Assembly: GCA_041694815.1 (NCBI GenBank)
Contig: JBGFSC010000030.1
Location: 1 to 62,505, forward strand
DNA: 62,505 bases
Direction: 5' to 3'
Origin: Elusimicrobiota bacterium
GTDB taxonomy: Bacteria > Elusimicrobiota > Elusimicrobia > UBA1565 > JACRDR01
Positions 47,260 through 58,343 of this stretch are shown here, one piece after another. Below the pieces are notes generated by a model. The model had not been told where the DNA came from. It ran no database searches and worked only from the letters and a program-made list of their open reading frames with translations. The translations under genes and the position numbers were made by a program. Within the stretch, counting starts at the first letter, position 1; the number at the start of each line of letters is the position of its first letter.

Positions 47260-47988
47260 ATGCCCATCAAGCTAGGGGTGAACATCGACCACGTCGCGAC
47301 GCTGCGCCAGGCCCGCCGGGGCGTCGACCCCGACCCGGTCGCCGCCGCCAAGGTCTGCTCGACCTCGGGAGCGGACCTCATCGTCATGCATCTGCGCCAG
47401 GACCGCCGCCATGTCCAGGACGAGGACGTCTTCCGGCTGCGCAAGGAGGTTAAGACCTCGCTGCACTTGGAGATGTCGACCATCCCCGCGATCGTATCGG
47501 TCGCCCTCAAGGCGAAGCCGGACTCGGTGTGCATCGTCCCCGAGAGCCCCAAGGAAGTCACGACGCTGGGTGGGCTCAACCTCAAGGCGGGCTCCCAGGC
47601 CGCGCTCAAGAAGACCGTCGCCAAGCTCAAGGACGCCGGAATCGGGGTTAGCCTTTTCACCGACCCGGACGCCGTCAGCGTGCGCATCGCCAAGAATCTC
47701 GGCGCCGACGCCGTTGAATTGTGCACCCTGGCCTACGCCGCCGCCTTCGGGCAGCACAAGCAGAACGCCGAGCTTGAGAAGCTGCAGCTAGCGGCCTACC
47801 TGGCCGATGAGCTGGGCCTGCAGGTGCACGCGGGGCACGACCTGAACTACCACAACGTCGCCGACGTAGCGCGCATCCCGCACATGTCCTGCCTCAATAT
47901 CGGATTTGCGATCGTCTCGCGCGCGATGTTCACCGGCCTGCGCAGCGCGGTGGCGGAGATGAAGAAGGCGATCACCTCGGCGAGATAG
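47260..47988 (+). CDS. pdxJ: Pyridoxine 5'-phosphate synthase
   Basis: LGVNIDHVATLRQAR, HLRQDRRH, HAGH. Confidence 0.9.
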   Translation: MPIKLGVNIDHVATLRQARRGVDPDPVAAAKVCSTSGADLIVMHLRQDRRHVQDEDVFRLRKEVKTSLHLEMSTIPAIVSVALKAKPDSVCIVPESPKEVTTLGGLNLKAGSQAALKKTVAKLKDAGIGVSLFTDPDAVSVRIAKNLGADAVELCTLAYAAAFGQHKQNAELEKLQLAAYLADELGLQVHAGHDLNYHNVADVARIPHMSCLNIGFAIVSRAMFTGLRSAVAEMKKAITSAR

Positions 47989-48013
47989 GGTATGTTTCTT
48001 ATGCTGAACCCCG

Positions 48014-48229
48014 CACTTGCCGCGCTTCGCGCGGCAAGTGGCGCGCCCGAGGCGCGTAAAAGCCGCCGTTCAACCCAAGAGTGCGAACAACGGACGCGGC
48101 GCCGACCGGAGTGTCGGCGCCGGACTTCGTCGCGCTTCGCGCGACGAAGTTCGAGGTTTCTCGCGAGTATTCCGAGCTTGGCGCCGCAGGCGCCAAGCCA
48201 CGCGCCCGAGGCGCGTAAAAGCTGCCGTT
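48014..48229. repeat. Palindromic repeat family A, composite (half copy plus near-complete copy)
   Basis: 48123-48184 nearly identical to 15063-15124; terminus gcgcgtaaaagc(c/t)gccgtt ends at both 48070 and 48229. Confidence 0.88.
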
Positions 48230-48236
48230 TAATCCT

Positions 48237-50107
<1,871 letters not shown>

Positions 50108-50111
<4 letters not shown>

Positions 50112-50455
50112 TGCGGCCGGTGGGGATGGGACTCGACATCGTCGAGATCGAGCGCGTCGAGTCCCTGGCCAAGCGCAATCCCGCGTTCTTAAAGCGCGTC
50201 TTCTCCGCGGAGGAGCTGCGCTACTGCCGCGGCAAGAAGAGGCGCTGGCAGCATCTCGCGGTGCGCTTCGCGGCCAAGGAGGCCGTCTGGAAGGCGCTGG
50301 GCGAGGGGGGGCTGAGCCTGCGCGACATTTCCGTCAGCCGCGAAAACGACGGCCGGCCGAACGTCCTGCTGCGGGGGCGGCGCGCGGCGAATATCCAGAT
50401 TTCCCTGACGCACTGCGACCGCTACGCGGCCGCCGTGGCGCTGCGCCTGCCGTGA
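50108..50455 (+). CDS. acpS: Holo-ACP synthase
   Basis: GLDIVEIER, RFAAKEAVWKALG, ISLTH. Confidence 0.93.
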
Positions 50456-51345
50456 ACCGATCGCAGCTGCGCCGCTGGCTGCCGCCGCGCCCGGCCGATT
50501 CCCACAAGGGCCGTTTTGGCCATGTCCTCCTCGTCGCCGGCTCGCGCGGCATGAGCGGCGCGGCGGTCCTGGCGGGCCGCGCCGCACTGCGCTCGGGCGC
50601 GGGCCTCGTCACCATCGCGGCTCCCGAGAGCGAGCAGAGGCTCATCGCGGGGCAGCTGCCCGAGGCGTTGACCTTGCCCCTGCCGGCGGGCGCCGGCGCC
50701 TTGTCGGTCGGCTCCGCCGCCGAGCTCAAGCGGAGCGCGGGCGAACGCTCTTACGACGTGCTCGGCATCGGGCCCGGCTTGGGCACCCGCCCGGCGACGG
50801 CGCGCGCGGTGCTTGATATATTGCGCGGACTTCCGCTGCCGGCCGTCATCGACGCCGACGCCCTCAATATCCTGGCATTGGCGCCGGGAGGTGGCGCCCG
50901 CAAACTGCTCGGCGGCCGCAAGGCTCCCTGCATCCTCACGCCGCATCCCGGAGAGATGGCGCGCCTGGTACACTCCACGCCCGCCCACGTGCAGGCGGCG
51001 CGGCCGGAGTCCGCCAAGAGGCTTTCAAAGGCGTGGGGCTGCGTCTGCGTGCTCAAGGGACGCGGGACGGTGGTCGCCGCCGGGGAGCGCATCGCCGTCA
51101 ACACGACCGGCAATCCGGGCCTGGCCAAGGGGGGGACGGGCGACGTGCTGACGGGGCTGATCGCAGGCCTTTGGGCGCAGCATCTTGCCGCCGGCCGCAG
51201 GGACGGTGGGTTCGAATGCGCCGTGCTCGGCGCATGGCTTCACGGGACCGCTGCCGATGTCGCCGTCCGGCGCCGAACGGCCTGGGCCCTGAGCGCTTCC
51301 GACGTCGTCGACGCCTTCGGCGAAGCCTTCCGCCGCCTGTCGTGA
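50452..51345 (+). CDS. nnrD: ADP-dependent NAD(P)H-hydrate dehydratase
   Basis: HKGRFG, GPGLG, IDADAL, TPHPGEM, GGTGDVLTG. Confidence 0.93.
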   Translation: MNRSQLRRWLPPRPADSHKGRFGHVLLVAGSRGMSGAAVLAGRAALRSGAGLVTIAAPESEQRLIAGQLPEALTLPLPAGAGALSVGSAAELKRSAGERSYDVLGIGPGLGTRPATARAVLDILRGLPLPAVIDADALNILALAPGGGARKLLGGRKAPCILTPHPGEMARLVHSTPAHVQAARPESAKRLSKAWGCVCVLKGRGTVVAAGERIAVNTTGNPGLAKGGTGDVLTGLIAGLWAQHLAAGRRDGGFECAVLGAWLHGTAADVAVRRRTAWALSASDVVDAFGEAFRRLS

Positions 51346-51791
51346 CCCGCGTGCTCTCTGAGTCCCCCGAGCAGACCCGGAAGGTCGCTGCGCGCTTGGG
51401 CGCGGCGGCCGAGCCGGGCGATCTCGCGTGCCTTATCGGCCCCTTGGGAAGCGGCAAGACGACCTTCACGCAAGGATTTGCCCGCGGAGCCGGTTTTCGG
51501 GGTTCCGTCACCAGCCCGAGCTTCGGCCTGGCGCGCCGTTATCCCGCCAAGAAGGCGACGATCCATCACCTGGACTTATACCGCCTCTCGGGCAAGGACC
51601 TGCCCAACCTGGCCCTCGAGGAATACTTCGACGATCCCCGGGGGGTCTGCGTGGTCGAATGGCCGCAGGTGGCGGCGGGAGCGCTGCCCAAGGACCGGCT
51701 CGAGATCCGATTTTCCCATCGCCCGGACGGCCGCGCCCTGGACTTTCGCGCGAAAGGGCCTCGCTCCCGGAGATGGCTGGGCAGGCTATGA
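51342..51791 (+). CDS. tsaE: t6A biosynthesis ATPase TsaE
   Basis: GPLGSGKT, VTSPSF, HHLDLYRL, VEW. Confidence 0.93.
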   Translation: MTRVLSESPEQTRKVAARLGAAAEPGDLACLIGPLGSGKTTFTQGFARGAGFRGSVTSPSFGLARRYPAKKATIHHLDLYRLSGKDLPNLALEEYFDDPRGVCVVEWPQVAAGALPKDRLEIRFSHRPDGRALDFRAKGPRSRRWLGRL

Positions 51792-52402
51792 GAATCCTCG
51801 CCATGGATACGACCTCCGAGCGCCTGACCCTGGCGTTGGGCGACGGCAGCCGCGTCCATTTCCTCGCCGACCGCCCGGCCAAGGCGCAGGACGAGCGCTT
51901 GAACGCCGCCGTCGAGAAGCTGCTCGAGAAGGCGGGGATGGGCCTTGAGCAGGTCGATGCCTTCGCGGCGGCCAGCGGCCCCGGGCGCTTTACGGGAATC
52001 CGCGTGGGCCTTACGTTTATTGGAGTTTTGGGCAAAATGTTCGGCAAGCCCGCCCTGTCGATTTCCTGGCTGGAGGCGGCGGCCTTCCGCGCCGCCGAGA
52101 ACGGCGCGGCGGGGAAATTCGTGGTGGCGCTCAAGGGGCCGCGCGACGAGATATTCTTTCAAGCCTTCCGCGTCTCGGCCGCAGGGGTCACACCCGCCTC
52201 CCGGCCGGCGTTCGCGGATGAAAAAGGCTTTCGGCCCGCGCTGCACCGCCATTGCCGCGGGTCCAAGGCCGTGTTCGGCCCCGAGGCGCCCGGAGTCCTC
52301 GACGCCGCCCGGCTGCTGCCGCCGGCCCTCTCGCGCCTGGCGCGCGGGCAGCCCGGGGAATTCGCGCCGCTGTACTTGAAGCCGGCCCATTACGAGCGAT
52401 GA
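51788..52402 (+). CDS. tsaB: t6A biosynthesis protein TsaB
   Basis: ILAMDTT, GPGRFTGIRVG, PLYL. Confidence 0.9.
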   Translation: MRILAMDTTSERLTLALGDGSRVHFLADRPAKAQDERLNAAVEKLLEKAGMGLEQVDAFAAASGPGRFTGIRVGLTFIGVLGKMFGKPALSISWLEAAAFRAAENGAAGKFVVALKGPRDEIFFQAFRVSAAGVTPASRPAFADEKGFRPALHRHCRGSKAVFGPEAPGVLDAARLLPPALSRLARGQPGEFAPLYLKPAHYER

Positions 52403-52413
52403 CTCCAAGAAGA

Positions 52414-52682
52414 GTTCGGGTACTTTTACCACCATGAAGAGTCGGGGCCTGCCGGGCTCGGAGTCCACGCCTCTGTAACAGAGATGCCAAAGCTCCAAGT
52501 TCCCCCGGTAGCGGCACAGGCCTGTCGTCGATAGGGCCCATCGCCTCTGTAACGATGGTGCCAGTGATTGACTTTCGCCTAGGCGAAAGTCAGTCACTGG
52601 CACCGCGAGAACTATGAAGCGCTCTGCGCGCCTGATCCGACACATGCCCGTCACCCCTCCATGGTGGTAAAAATACCCAAAC
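52414..52682. mobile_element. MITE-like element (~269 bp) with ~26-bp terminal inverted repeats
   Basis: Left gttcgggtacttttaccaccatgaag; right (reverse complement) gtttgggtatttttaccaccatggag; no transposase; no clear target duplication. Confidence 0.6.
52557..52604. repeat. Palindrome family B, 48 bp
   Basis: ggtgccagtgattgactttcgcctaggcgaaagtcagtcactggcacc; one mismatch from a perfect palindrome. Confidence 0.9.
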
Positions 52683-52699
52683 GGAGAGAACGGTGAGCC

Positions 52700-53055
52700 T
52701 TGAATAATAGCTAAAGTGCAACTTTATTTATACATGTATAAGAAAATACGAGACTCTAATATGGCCGCCGGGCATTTTCGTGACTTTGGAAACGAAAAAT
52801 ATTGTTAGAATAAGCGGAATTCGATTCTTAGTCTCAACGTTGAGACTAAAAAACAAAATTATCTTAGAATTATCGTTATTTTTAGGCACACAGGCCACGG
52901 ACTTTTCTGTGGATAACTCAGCAAGATTTGATGGCTACAAGAAGCGAGACGACAACCTGCAGAAACTAAGTAGAGTCCCAATTCCCAGTGACCTTGCTAA
53001 AGTCTCGAAAATACAGACTTTAGCTGGACGGTGAATTTTTAGATAAGTCCTATAT
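52700..53055. promoter_or_regulatory. AT-rich intergenic region with three palindromes and a consensus DnaA box
   Basis: TAAAGT-gca-ACTTTA 52712-52726; TTATACATGTATAA 52728-52741; TTAGTCTCAACGTTGAGACTAA 52828-52849; TGTGGATAA 52908-52916. Confidence 0.5.
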
Positions 53056-53496
53056 ATGGCAAAAATTCGCATAGCGGAAGCGGCTGATCTCAATGCGCTC
53101 CTGGCGATTAATTCGGCCTGGCCCGGCCTTCCGCCGTGGACTCGCACGCATTTCGAGACGGAATTGTCTGAGAAGAAATCCTATTTCTGCGTATACGAAG
53201 ACGGCCAGAAAGTCGTAGGCTATGGAGGCGTTTGGAAGCTACCTCCGGAGGCTCAGGTAACCACTCTAGCTGTCCACCCTGGACGCTCGAGACAAGGCAT
53301 CGGTCGGAGACTGATGGAGCATCTGCATGAAGTCGCCCGCGCCGCTGGGTGCGTGTTGGTCGGATTGGAGGTTTCCTCCGAAAATAGTGCCGCATTGCGC
53401 CTCTACGAGGGTTTGGGCTATCGCATTGTCGGTCGTCGGCCGAATTACTATAATGACGGTTCCGGCGCCCTCCTCATGAGTCTCCGCCTGGCCTAA
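53056..53496 (+). CDS. rimI: Ribosomal protein alanine N-acetyltransferase RimI
   Basis: LAVHP..RQGIG, LEV..N..A..LY..LGY...GRR.NYY; follows tsaB. Confidence 0.88.
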   Translation: MAKIRIAEAADLNALLAINSAWPGLPPWTRTHFETELSEKKSYFCVYEDGQKVVGYGGVWKLPPEAQVTTLAVHPGRSRQGIGRRLMEHLHEVARAAGCVLVGLEVSSENSAALRLYEGLGYRIVGRRPNYYNDGSGALLMSLRLA

Positions 53497-55655
53497 TGCC
53501 ATTTATGCTCAAGACGATCGTTATTTCCGCGGCGTTCCTTTTTTGCGGCGCCTCCGCCCACGCGAGCGCGAACAAGAGATCGACGATGCATTACATGCGG
53601 GCGCTGCTGCTGGAGCATCAGGGCAATTTCGCGGAAGCCCTGCAGGAATTCAGGGCCGCCGTGGCGTCGGACCCCCAGTCGGGATACCTTGTCGAGCAGG
53701 CCGTCGGGCTGGCCTTACGGACGGGCCGCGCGGACGTTGCGCTGGAGCTGGCCCAGCACCTCGTGCGGATCGAACCCAAATCCGCGAGCGCTCGCTGCCT
53801 GTTGGGCCAAGTCTTTTGGGCGCGCGGCCAGATGAGCGAGGCCAAGGGGGCCTTCGAGGAGGCGCTCAAGCTCAACGAGCGTTTGCCGGAGGCCCTGCTC
53901 GCCTTGGGCAACCTGCTCAGCGCCAAATCGCCGGCTAAGGCGCGCGAATACCTCCAGCGCTACATTGCCGCCAATCCCGAGAACGCCGCCCAGGCGCATT
54001 ACCAGCTGGCGATCCTCGAGCAGCGCTTGGGCCGCGCGGAGGAGGCGATCGCGGCGCTCAAGGCCGCGGTGGCTGCCGCACCCGATAACTTCCAGGCGCG
54101 CTTAAGCCTGGCGCAGGCCTATGAAGCCAAGAAGGATACGGACTCTGCCCTCGCGGAGTACCTGGCGCTCGAGCAGCGGGACCCGCAGAACGCGGCCCTC
54201 TCCATCCATATCGGCGAGATCCATTTCATGCGGGGCGACGCCGCCAGCGCGCAGGTCCATTTCGAGCGGGCCAAGCGGGCGGTTCCCGGCAACCCGGCGG
54301 CCTGCCTCTGGCTGGCCATACTTGCCGAGCAGCGCGGGGACTTCGACTCCGCAGCTTCCCTGCTTCAGGAAAGCTCCGCGCTCAAGGACGACGCCGGCCT
54401 AAACCTCCGCTTGAGCTATTACCAGACCCAGGCCAACCGCGTCGGGGCCGCCGTCGAGACCCTGGAGCGGGCGCATCGAAAGTGGCCCGCCAACGAGGAG
54501 ATCAGCTATTTCCTGGCTTTGGGCTACGACGATTTGAAGGCACCGGAAAAAGCTGTCGAGCTGCTCACCGGTGTCCTGCGGGCTCGCCCTGAGTTCAGGG
54601 ACGCGCGCTTCCAATTGGGCGTCGTCTACGAGAAGATGAACCGGATCGAGGAGGTCGAGAAGACCTTCAAGGAGCTCATCGCCGCGCGGCCCAACGATGC
54701 GGCGGCGCTCAACTACCTGGGCTATTCACTCGCCGACCGGGGGCTGAAATTGGCGGAGGCCGAGGGATTCATCCGACGGGCGCTGGCTTTAGATCCCACC
54801 AACGGCGCCTACCACGATTCCTTGGGATGGGTCTATTTCAAGCAAGGGCTCTACCCGCAGGCCCAGGCCGAATTGCGCACCGCCCTCGGCCTGCTCGGGG
54901 AGGACGCGACGGTCTCCGAGCATTTGGGAGACGTCTACCAAGTCCTGGGAGACAGCGTGGCGGCCTGGTCGCAGTGGAAGAAGGCCGCGTGGACGGAGGA
55001 GGCGGAGCGGCTGCGAGAGAAGCTCGACGCGCTGGAGTCCCGGCTCAGCCCCCCGATGCTGGGGAACCTGTATTTGGACTTGGCGGGGTCCTCGATCTCC
55101 GGCCTGACGAGCTACTCGGGACCGTGCGAGATACAAGCCGACATCTTCAACCGCAGGCTCCGGTTTTCCGGGCTCCTGTCTTATAAGTCTCCCGCGGAGC
55201 TTCGCTTGGAGCTTATTGGCCCGCTGTTCACGCCGATTCTGCGAGCCCGCGTCGGGGCCGACGATTCCTTCGAAATGGATCCCGTGCACCTCGAAGGCAT
55301 TTCCCCCGAGCTGTTGGAAGAAACGGTGTCTCGGAGCCTGCGCTTGATGCGGGCTTACTTCGGGGGACGCATTTTCGAGGGGCGGCCCGCCGTGTTCCAC
55401 AAAGGTTGGCGGACGGAATGGGTGGCGGCGCCGCAAGGACAGTTTTTCTTCGACGGGAGGCGGCAGAGCCTGGGTAGTTTCCAGGAGGCGGCCTCGGGAC
55501 TTCGCCTGAGCCTCGACGATTTCCAGGCCCGGGGCGGCCGTAGGGTCCCGGAGACCCTACGGCTGGAGGGCAAGGGATTCTCGATCGAATTCCGCGTCCA
55601 GAATCCGGAACTGCGCTTCTCCGAGCCGAACGGCCGGAAGGCGGAGCGGCCATGA
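53496..55655 (+). CDS. Exported TPR protein with beta-rich C-terminal domain
   Basis: Signal peptide; TPR repeats including AALNYLGYSLAD and DSLGWVYFKQG; precedes ispE. Confidence 0.88.
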   Translation: MPFMLKTIVISAAFLFCGASAHASANKRSTMHYMRALLLEHQGNFAEALQEFRAAVASDPQSGYLVEQAVGLALRTGRADVALELAQHLVRIEPKSASARCLLGQVFWARGQMSEAKGAFEEALKLNERLPEALLALGNLLSAKSPAKAREYLQRYIAANPENAAQAHYQLAILEQRLGRAEEAIAALKAAVAAAPDNFQARLSLAQAYEAKKDTDSALAEYLALEQRDPQNAALSIHIGEIHFMRGDAASAQVHFERAKRAVPGNPAACLWLAILAEQRGDFDSAASLLQESSALKDDAGLNLRLSYYQTQANRVGAAVETLERAHRKWPANEEISYFLALGYDDLKAPEKAVELLTGVLRARPEFRDARFQLGVVYEKMNRIEEVEKTFKELIAARPNDAAALNYLGYSLADRGLKLAEAEGFIRRALALDPTNGAYHDSLGWVYFKQGLYPQAQAELRTALGLLGEDATVSEHLGDVYQVLGDSVAAWSQWKKAAWTEEAERLREKLDALESRLSPPMLGNLYLDLAGSSISGLTSYSGPCEIQADIFNRRLRFSGLLSYKSPAELRLELIGPLFTPILRARVGADDSFEMDPVHLEGISPELLEETVSRSLRLMRAYFGGRIFEGRPAVFHKGWRTEWVAAPQGQFFFDGRRQSLGSFQEAASGLRLSLDDFQARGGRRVPETLRLEGKGFSIEFRVQNPELRFSEPNGRKAERP

Positions 55656-56539
55656 AGGTCCAGTGCCCGGCCAAGATCAACCTCTTCCTGGAGGTCACGG
55701 GCAAAAAGCGCAACGGTTATCATACCTTGTCGACGGTGTTCGCCAAGATCAATCTTTTCGACACGCTCGATTTCCAGCCCGTCGATCACGGTGCCGTGGA
55801 GTTGCTTGTCGACAACCGGACCGTCGCCCCTCTAGGCGGCGGACGCGATAACCTCGTTTTCCGCGCCGCCGAGGCCTTCCGCAAAGAGTTCCGCGTCCGC
55901 CGTGGCGTGCGCATCGAACTGGAAAAGAAAATACCGATCGGCGCAGGCCTGGGAGGCGGCTCCTCCGACGCCGCGGGAACGCTGGTCGGTCTCTCTAGAT
56001 TCTTCGGCCTTCCCCAGGGGCGCTCCACCCGGGCCGCCCTGCACCGCCTCGCGACCGGTCTCGGAGCGGATGTAGCGTTCTTCCTGCGGCCCGAGCCCTT
56101 CGCCTTGGGTGAGGGGATTGGGGACCGCTTGGCGGCCGTGGAGGTGTCGCGGACGCTGCCGCCCATGGTGCTCGTCTACCCGCGGGTTCCGGTCTCCACG
56201 GCCGAGGTCTATCGCCGCCTGGAAATCGGGCCGAAATCCTCCGTCTTGACGAGGCTTTCTCAGCTTAGTAAACTCCAAAACAAGCTAGCCCTCGGTAGGC
56301 CCATTGCGGAATGGGCCGGTTTGCTTTTTAACCGTCTAGAAGACGCCGTTTTGGGATCCTGCGAGGAAGTCTTGCAGGCGAAAAAGGCCCTCCAGCGCCT
56401 AGGGGCCGAGGGCGCGCTGATGTCTGGATCGGGTTCCTCCGTCTTTGGTTTTTTCTCGGGTCCGCGTGAAGCGGAGAAGGCGGCCGCCAAACTTCGGGGA
56501 TATCCTTGGGAAGTATTCGAGACCTGCTGCATGGGTTAG
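55652..56539 (+). CDS. ispE: 4-diphosphocytidyl-2-C-methyl-D-erythritol kinase
   Basis: PAKINLFL, KKIPIGAGLGGGSSDAA, MSGSGS. Confidence 0.96.
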   Translation: MKVQCPAKINLFLEVTGKKRNGYHTLSTVFAKINLFDTLDFQPVDHGAVELLVDNRTVAPLGGGRDNLVFRAAEAFRKEFRVRRGVRIELEKKIPIGAGLGGGSSDAAGTLVGLSRFFGLPQGRSTRAALHRLATGLGADVAFFLRPEPFALGEGIGDRLAAVEVSRTLPPMVLVYPRVPVSTAEVYRRLEIGPKSSVLTRLSQLSKLQNKLALGRPIAEWAGLLFNRLEDAVLGSCEEVLQAKKALQRLGAEGALMSGSGSSVFGFFSGPREAEKAAAKLRGYPWEVFETCCMG

Positions 56540-56560
56540 CGGCGAGCTGCCGATTGTTTT

Positions 56561-56863
56561 ATGGAAATATCGGAAATTCGAGTTCATCTCCGGGGCGAGG
56601 AGAAGCTCAAGGCGTTCGTCACGATCACCATCGATTCATGTTTCGTCATCCGGAACATGAAGATCATCCAGGGGAACAAGGGCCTCATCCTCTGCATGCC
56701 TTCCCGGAAATTGGCCGACGGAAGCTACAAGGACATCGCCCACCCCATCACCATGGAGTTTCGCAAGTTCCTGGAGGACAAGATCATGGCCGCCTATCAG
56801 CAAGAGCTCAAGCGCTCGGGCGGCAAGATCCCCGTGGGCCGAAATTCGAGCGAAGAGGAATGA
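56561..56863 (+). CDS. spoVG: SpoVG-family nucleic-acid-binding protein
   Basis: LKAFVTITIDSCFVI, MPSRK..DG.YKDIAHPI. Confidence 0.95.
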   Translation: MEISEIRVHLRGEEKLKAFVTITIDSCFVIRNMKIIQGNKGLILCMPSRKLADGSYKDIAHPITMEFRKFLEDKIMAAYQQELKRSGGKIPVGRNSSEEE

Positions 56864-56866
56864 GAC

Positions 56867-56937
56867 TCCCGGGTGGTGTAATGGTAACACACCAGCCTTT
56901 GAAGCTGGGTTTCCTGGTTCGAGTCCAGGCCCGGGAA
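56867..56937 (+). tRNA. tRNA-Gln (anticodon TTG); CCA not encoded
   Basis: Acceptor stem tcccggg/cccggga; anticodon arm ccagc-CTTTGAA-gctgg; T arm cctgg-TTCGAGT-ccagg; U1-A72 pair fits GatCAB transamidation. Confidence 0.95.
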
Positions 56938-56945
56938 CACGACTC

Positions 56946-58343
56946 ATGAGCCGCCCCTCTTCCGCGAAGCCCCGTCCCAACTCGCTCGGCGTGCTGATCC
57001 TCGCCGCCGGCGAGGGGACCCGGATGGAATCCTCCCTACCCAAGGTACTGCATCCGGTTGGCGGACGACCGATGCTCTCCTACCCCCTGCGCGCCGCCCA
57101 AGCCCTCAAGCCACACGGTATCGGCATCGTCGTGGGTCATCAGGCGGAAACGGTGCAAAAGGCCGCCTTGGAGATGAATCCGTCCTCGACCCGTCCCATC
57201 GCATTCATCCGGCAGAAGCACCCCACCGGCTCGGGCGGCGCCGTCCTGGAGGCCGTCGGGTTCCTCAAGAAATTCCAGACCGCCATCGTGCTGTGCGGGG
57301 ACACCCCGCTGCTCGGCTTTGAGACCCTCTCGGCGCTGCTGCAATACCACCGCCAGCAGAAGGGGCAGGTGACCCTCCTCTCGGCGAGGCTCGCCAATCC
57401 CAAGGGCTACGGGCGGGTGGTGCGCAGCCCGACCGGGGACGTGCTCCGCATTGTCGAGGAGACGGAGGCCAGCCCCAAGGAGGCGGCCATCAGCGAGATC
57501 AACTCGGGCGCCTACTGCTTCGAGGCGGCGCTGCTGCTTAAGGCGCTCGAAGATCTTCGCCCCAACGGCCCGAAGAGGGAGCGCTATTTGACCGACGCCT
57601 TGGAGCTCATACGCAGGCAGGGCGGCCGCATCACGGCCTACTTGAGCTCGAATCCAGAGGAAGCCTTGGGCATCAACACTCGCATCCAGCTTTCCCAGGC
57701 CGAGAGGGTGCTTAATCGTCGCCACCTCGAGAGGCTGATGCTTTCCGGCGTCACCGTGATCGATCCGATGCACACCTACGTCGACGCCGACGTGGAGGTC
57801 GGCCGCGACAGCGTCTTGTTGCCGGGAACCCTGTTGCGCGGCAAGACCCGGGTCGGCAAGAACTGCGTGATCGGCCCTTTCTGCTTCATCGAGAATTCGG
57901 CCATTGAGGACGGCTGCCGAGTGAGGAGCTCGCACATCGCCGATTCCCGCATCCTCGAGGGCTCCGCGGTGGGGCCTTTTGCCCATATGCGCGGCGGGGC
58001 CGTCGTCGGACCCAAGGCCCGCATCGGCAATTTCTCAGAGCTCAAGAATTCGCGGGTGGGAGCCGGCTCGAAGGTCCCCCATTTAAGCTATATCGGCGAT
58101 ACCGAGATGGGACCGGAGGTCAATATCGGCGCCGGCACGATCACTTGCAATTACGATGGGGTGCGCAAGAACAAGACCCTCATCGGCGCCAAGGCCTTCG
58201 TCGGCTCCAACGTCAACCTTGTCGCCCCGGTGCGGGTGGGGCGTGGAGCCAAGATCGGCGCCGGTTCGACCATCACGGAGGACGTTCCCGACGGCGTTCT
58301 GGCGATCGCCCGGGCGAGACAGGAAAACAAGGTGAGAAAATGA
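56946..58343 (+). CDS. glmU: Bifunctional UDP-GlcNAc pyrophosphorylase / GlcN-1-P acetyltransferase
   Basis: ILAAGEGTRM...PKVLH, hexapeptide repeats, HLSYIGD, NIGAGTITCNYDG. Confidence 0.97.
   Translation: MSRPSSAKPRPNSLGVLILAAGEGTRMESSLPKVLHPVGGRPMLSYPLRAAQALKPHGIGIVVGHQAETVQKAALEMNPSSTRPIAFIRQKHPTGSGGAVLEAVGFLKKFQTAIVLCGDTPLLGFETLSALLQYHRQQKGQVTLLSARLANPKGYGRVVRSPTGDVLRIVEETEASPKEAAISEINSGAYCFEAALLLKALEDLRPNGPKRERYLTDALELIRRQGGRITAYLSSNPEEALGINTRIQLSQAERVLNRRHLERLMLSGVTVIDPMHTYVDADVEVGRDSVLLPGTLLRGKTRVGKNCVIGPFCFIENSAIEDGCRVRSSHIADSRILEGSAVGPFAHMRGGAVVGPKARIGNFSELKNSRVGAGSKVPHLSYIGDTEMGPEVNIGAGTITCNYDGVRKNKTLIGAKAFVGSNVNLVAPVRVGRGAKIGAGSTITEDVPDGVLAIARARQENKVRK

Noticed and set aside
47989..48236. 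glmS ribozyme upstream of glmS
   Set aside because: The core motifs (AGCGCC...GACGAGG...) are not present; the structure is explained by repeat family A, which occurs at unrelated loci
52882..52892. 11-bp match (TTAGGCACACA) to the spacer of the BrnT-type promoter
   Set aside because: A single short match with no shared context; compatible with chance
52780..53034. 84-aa ORF in the AT-rich region
   Set aside because: Composition is unlike real genes here, there is no ribosome-binding site or recognisable motif, and it runs over palindromes and a DnaA box
56636..57043. Integrated element at tRNA-Gln
   Set aside because: The tRNA is flanked directly by spoVG and glmU; no duplicated 3' end or integrase was seen
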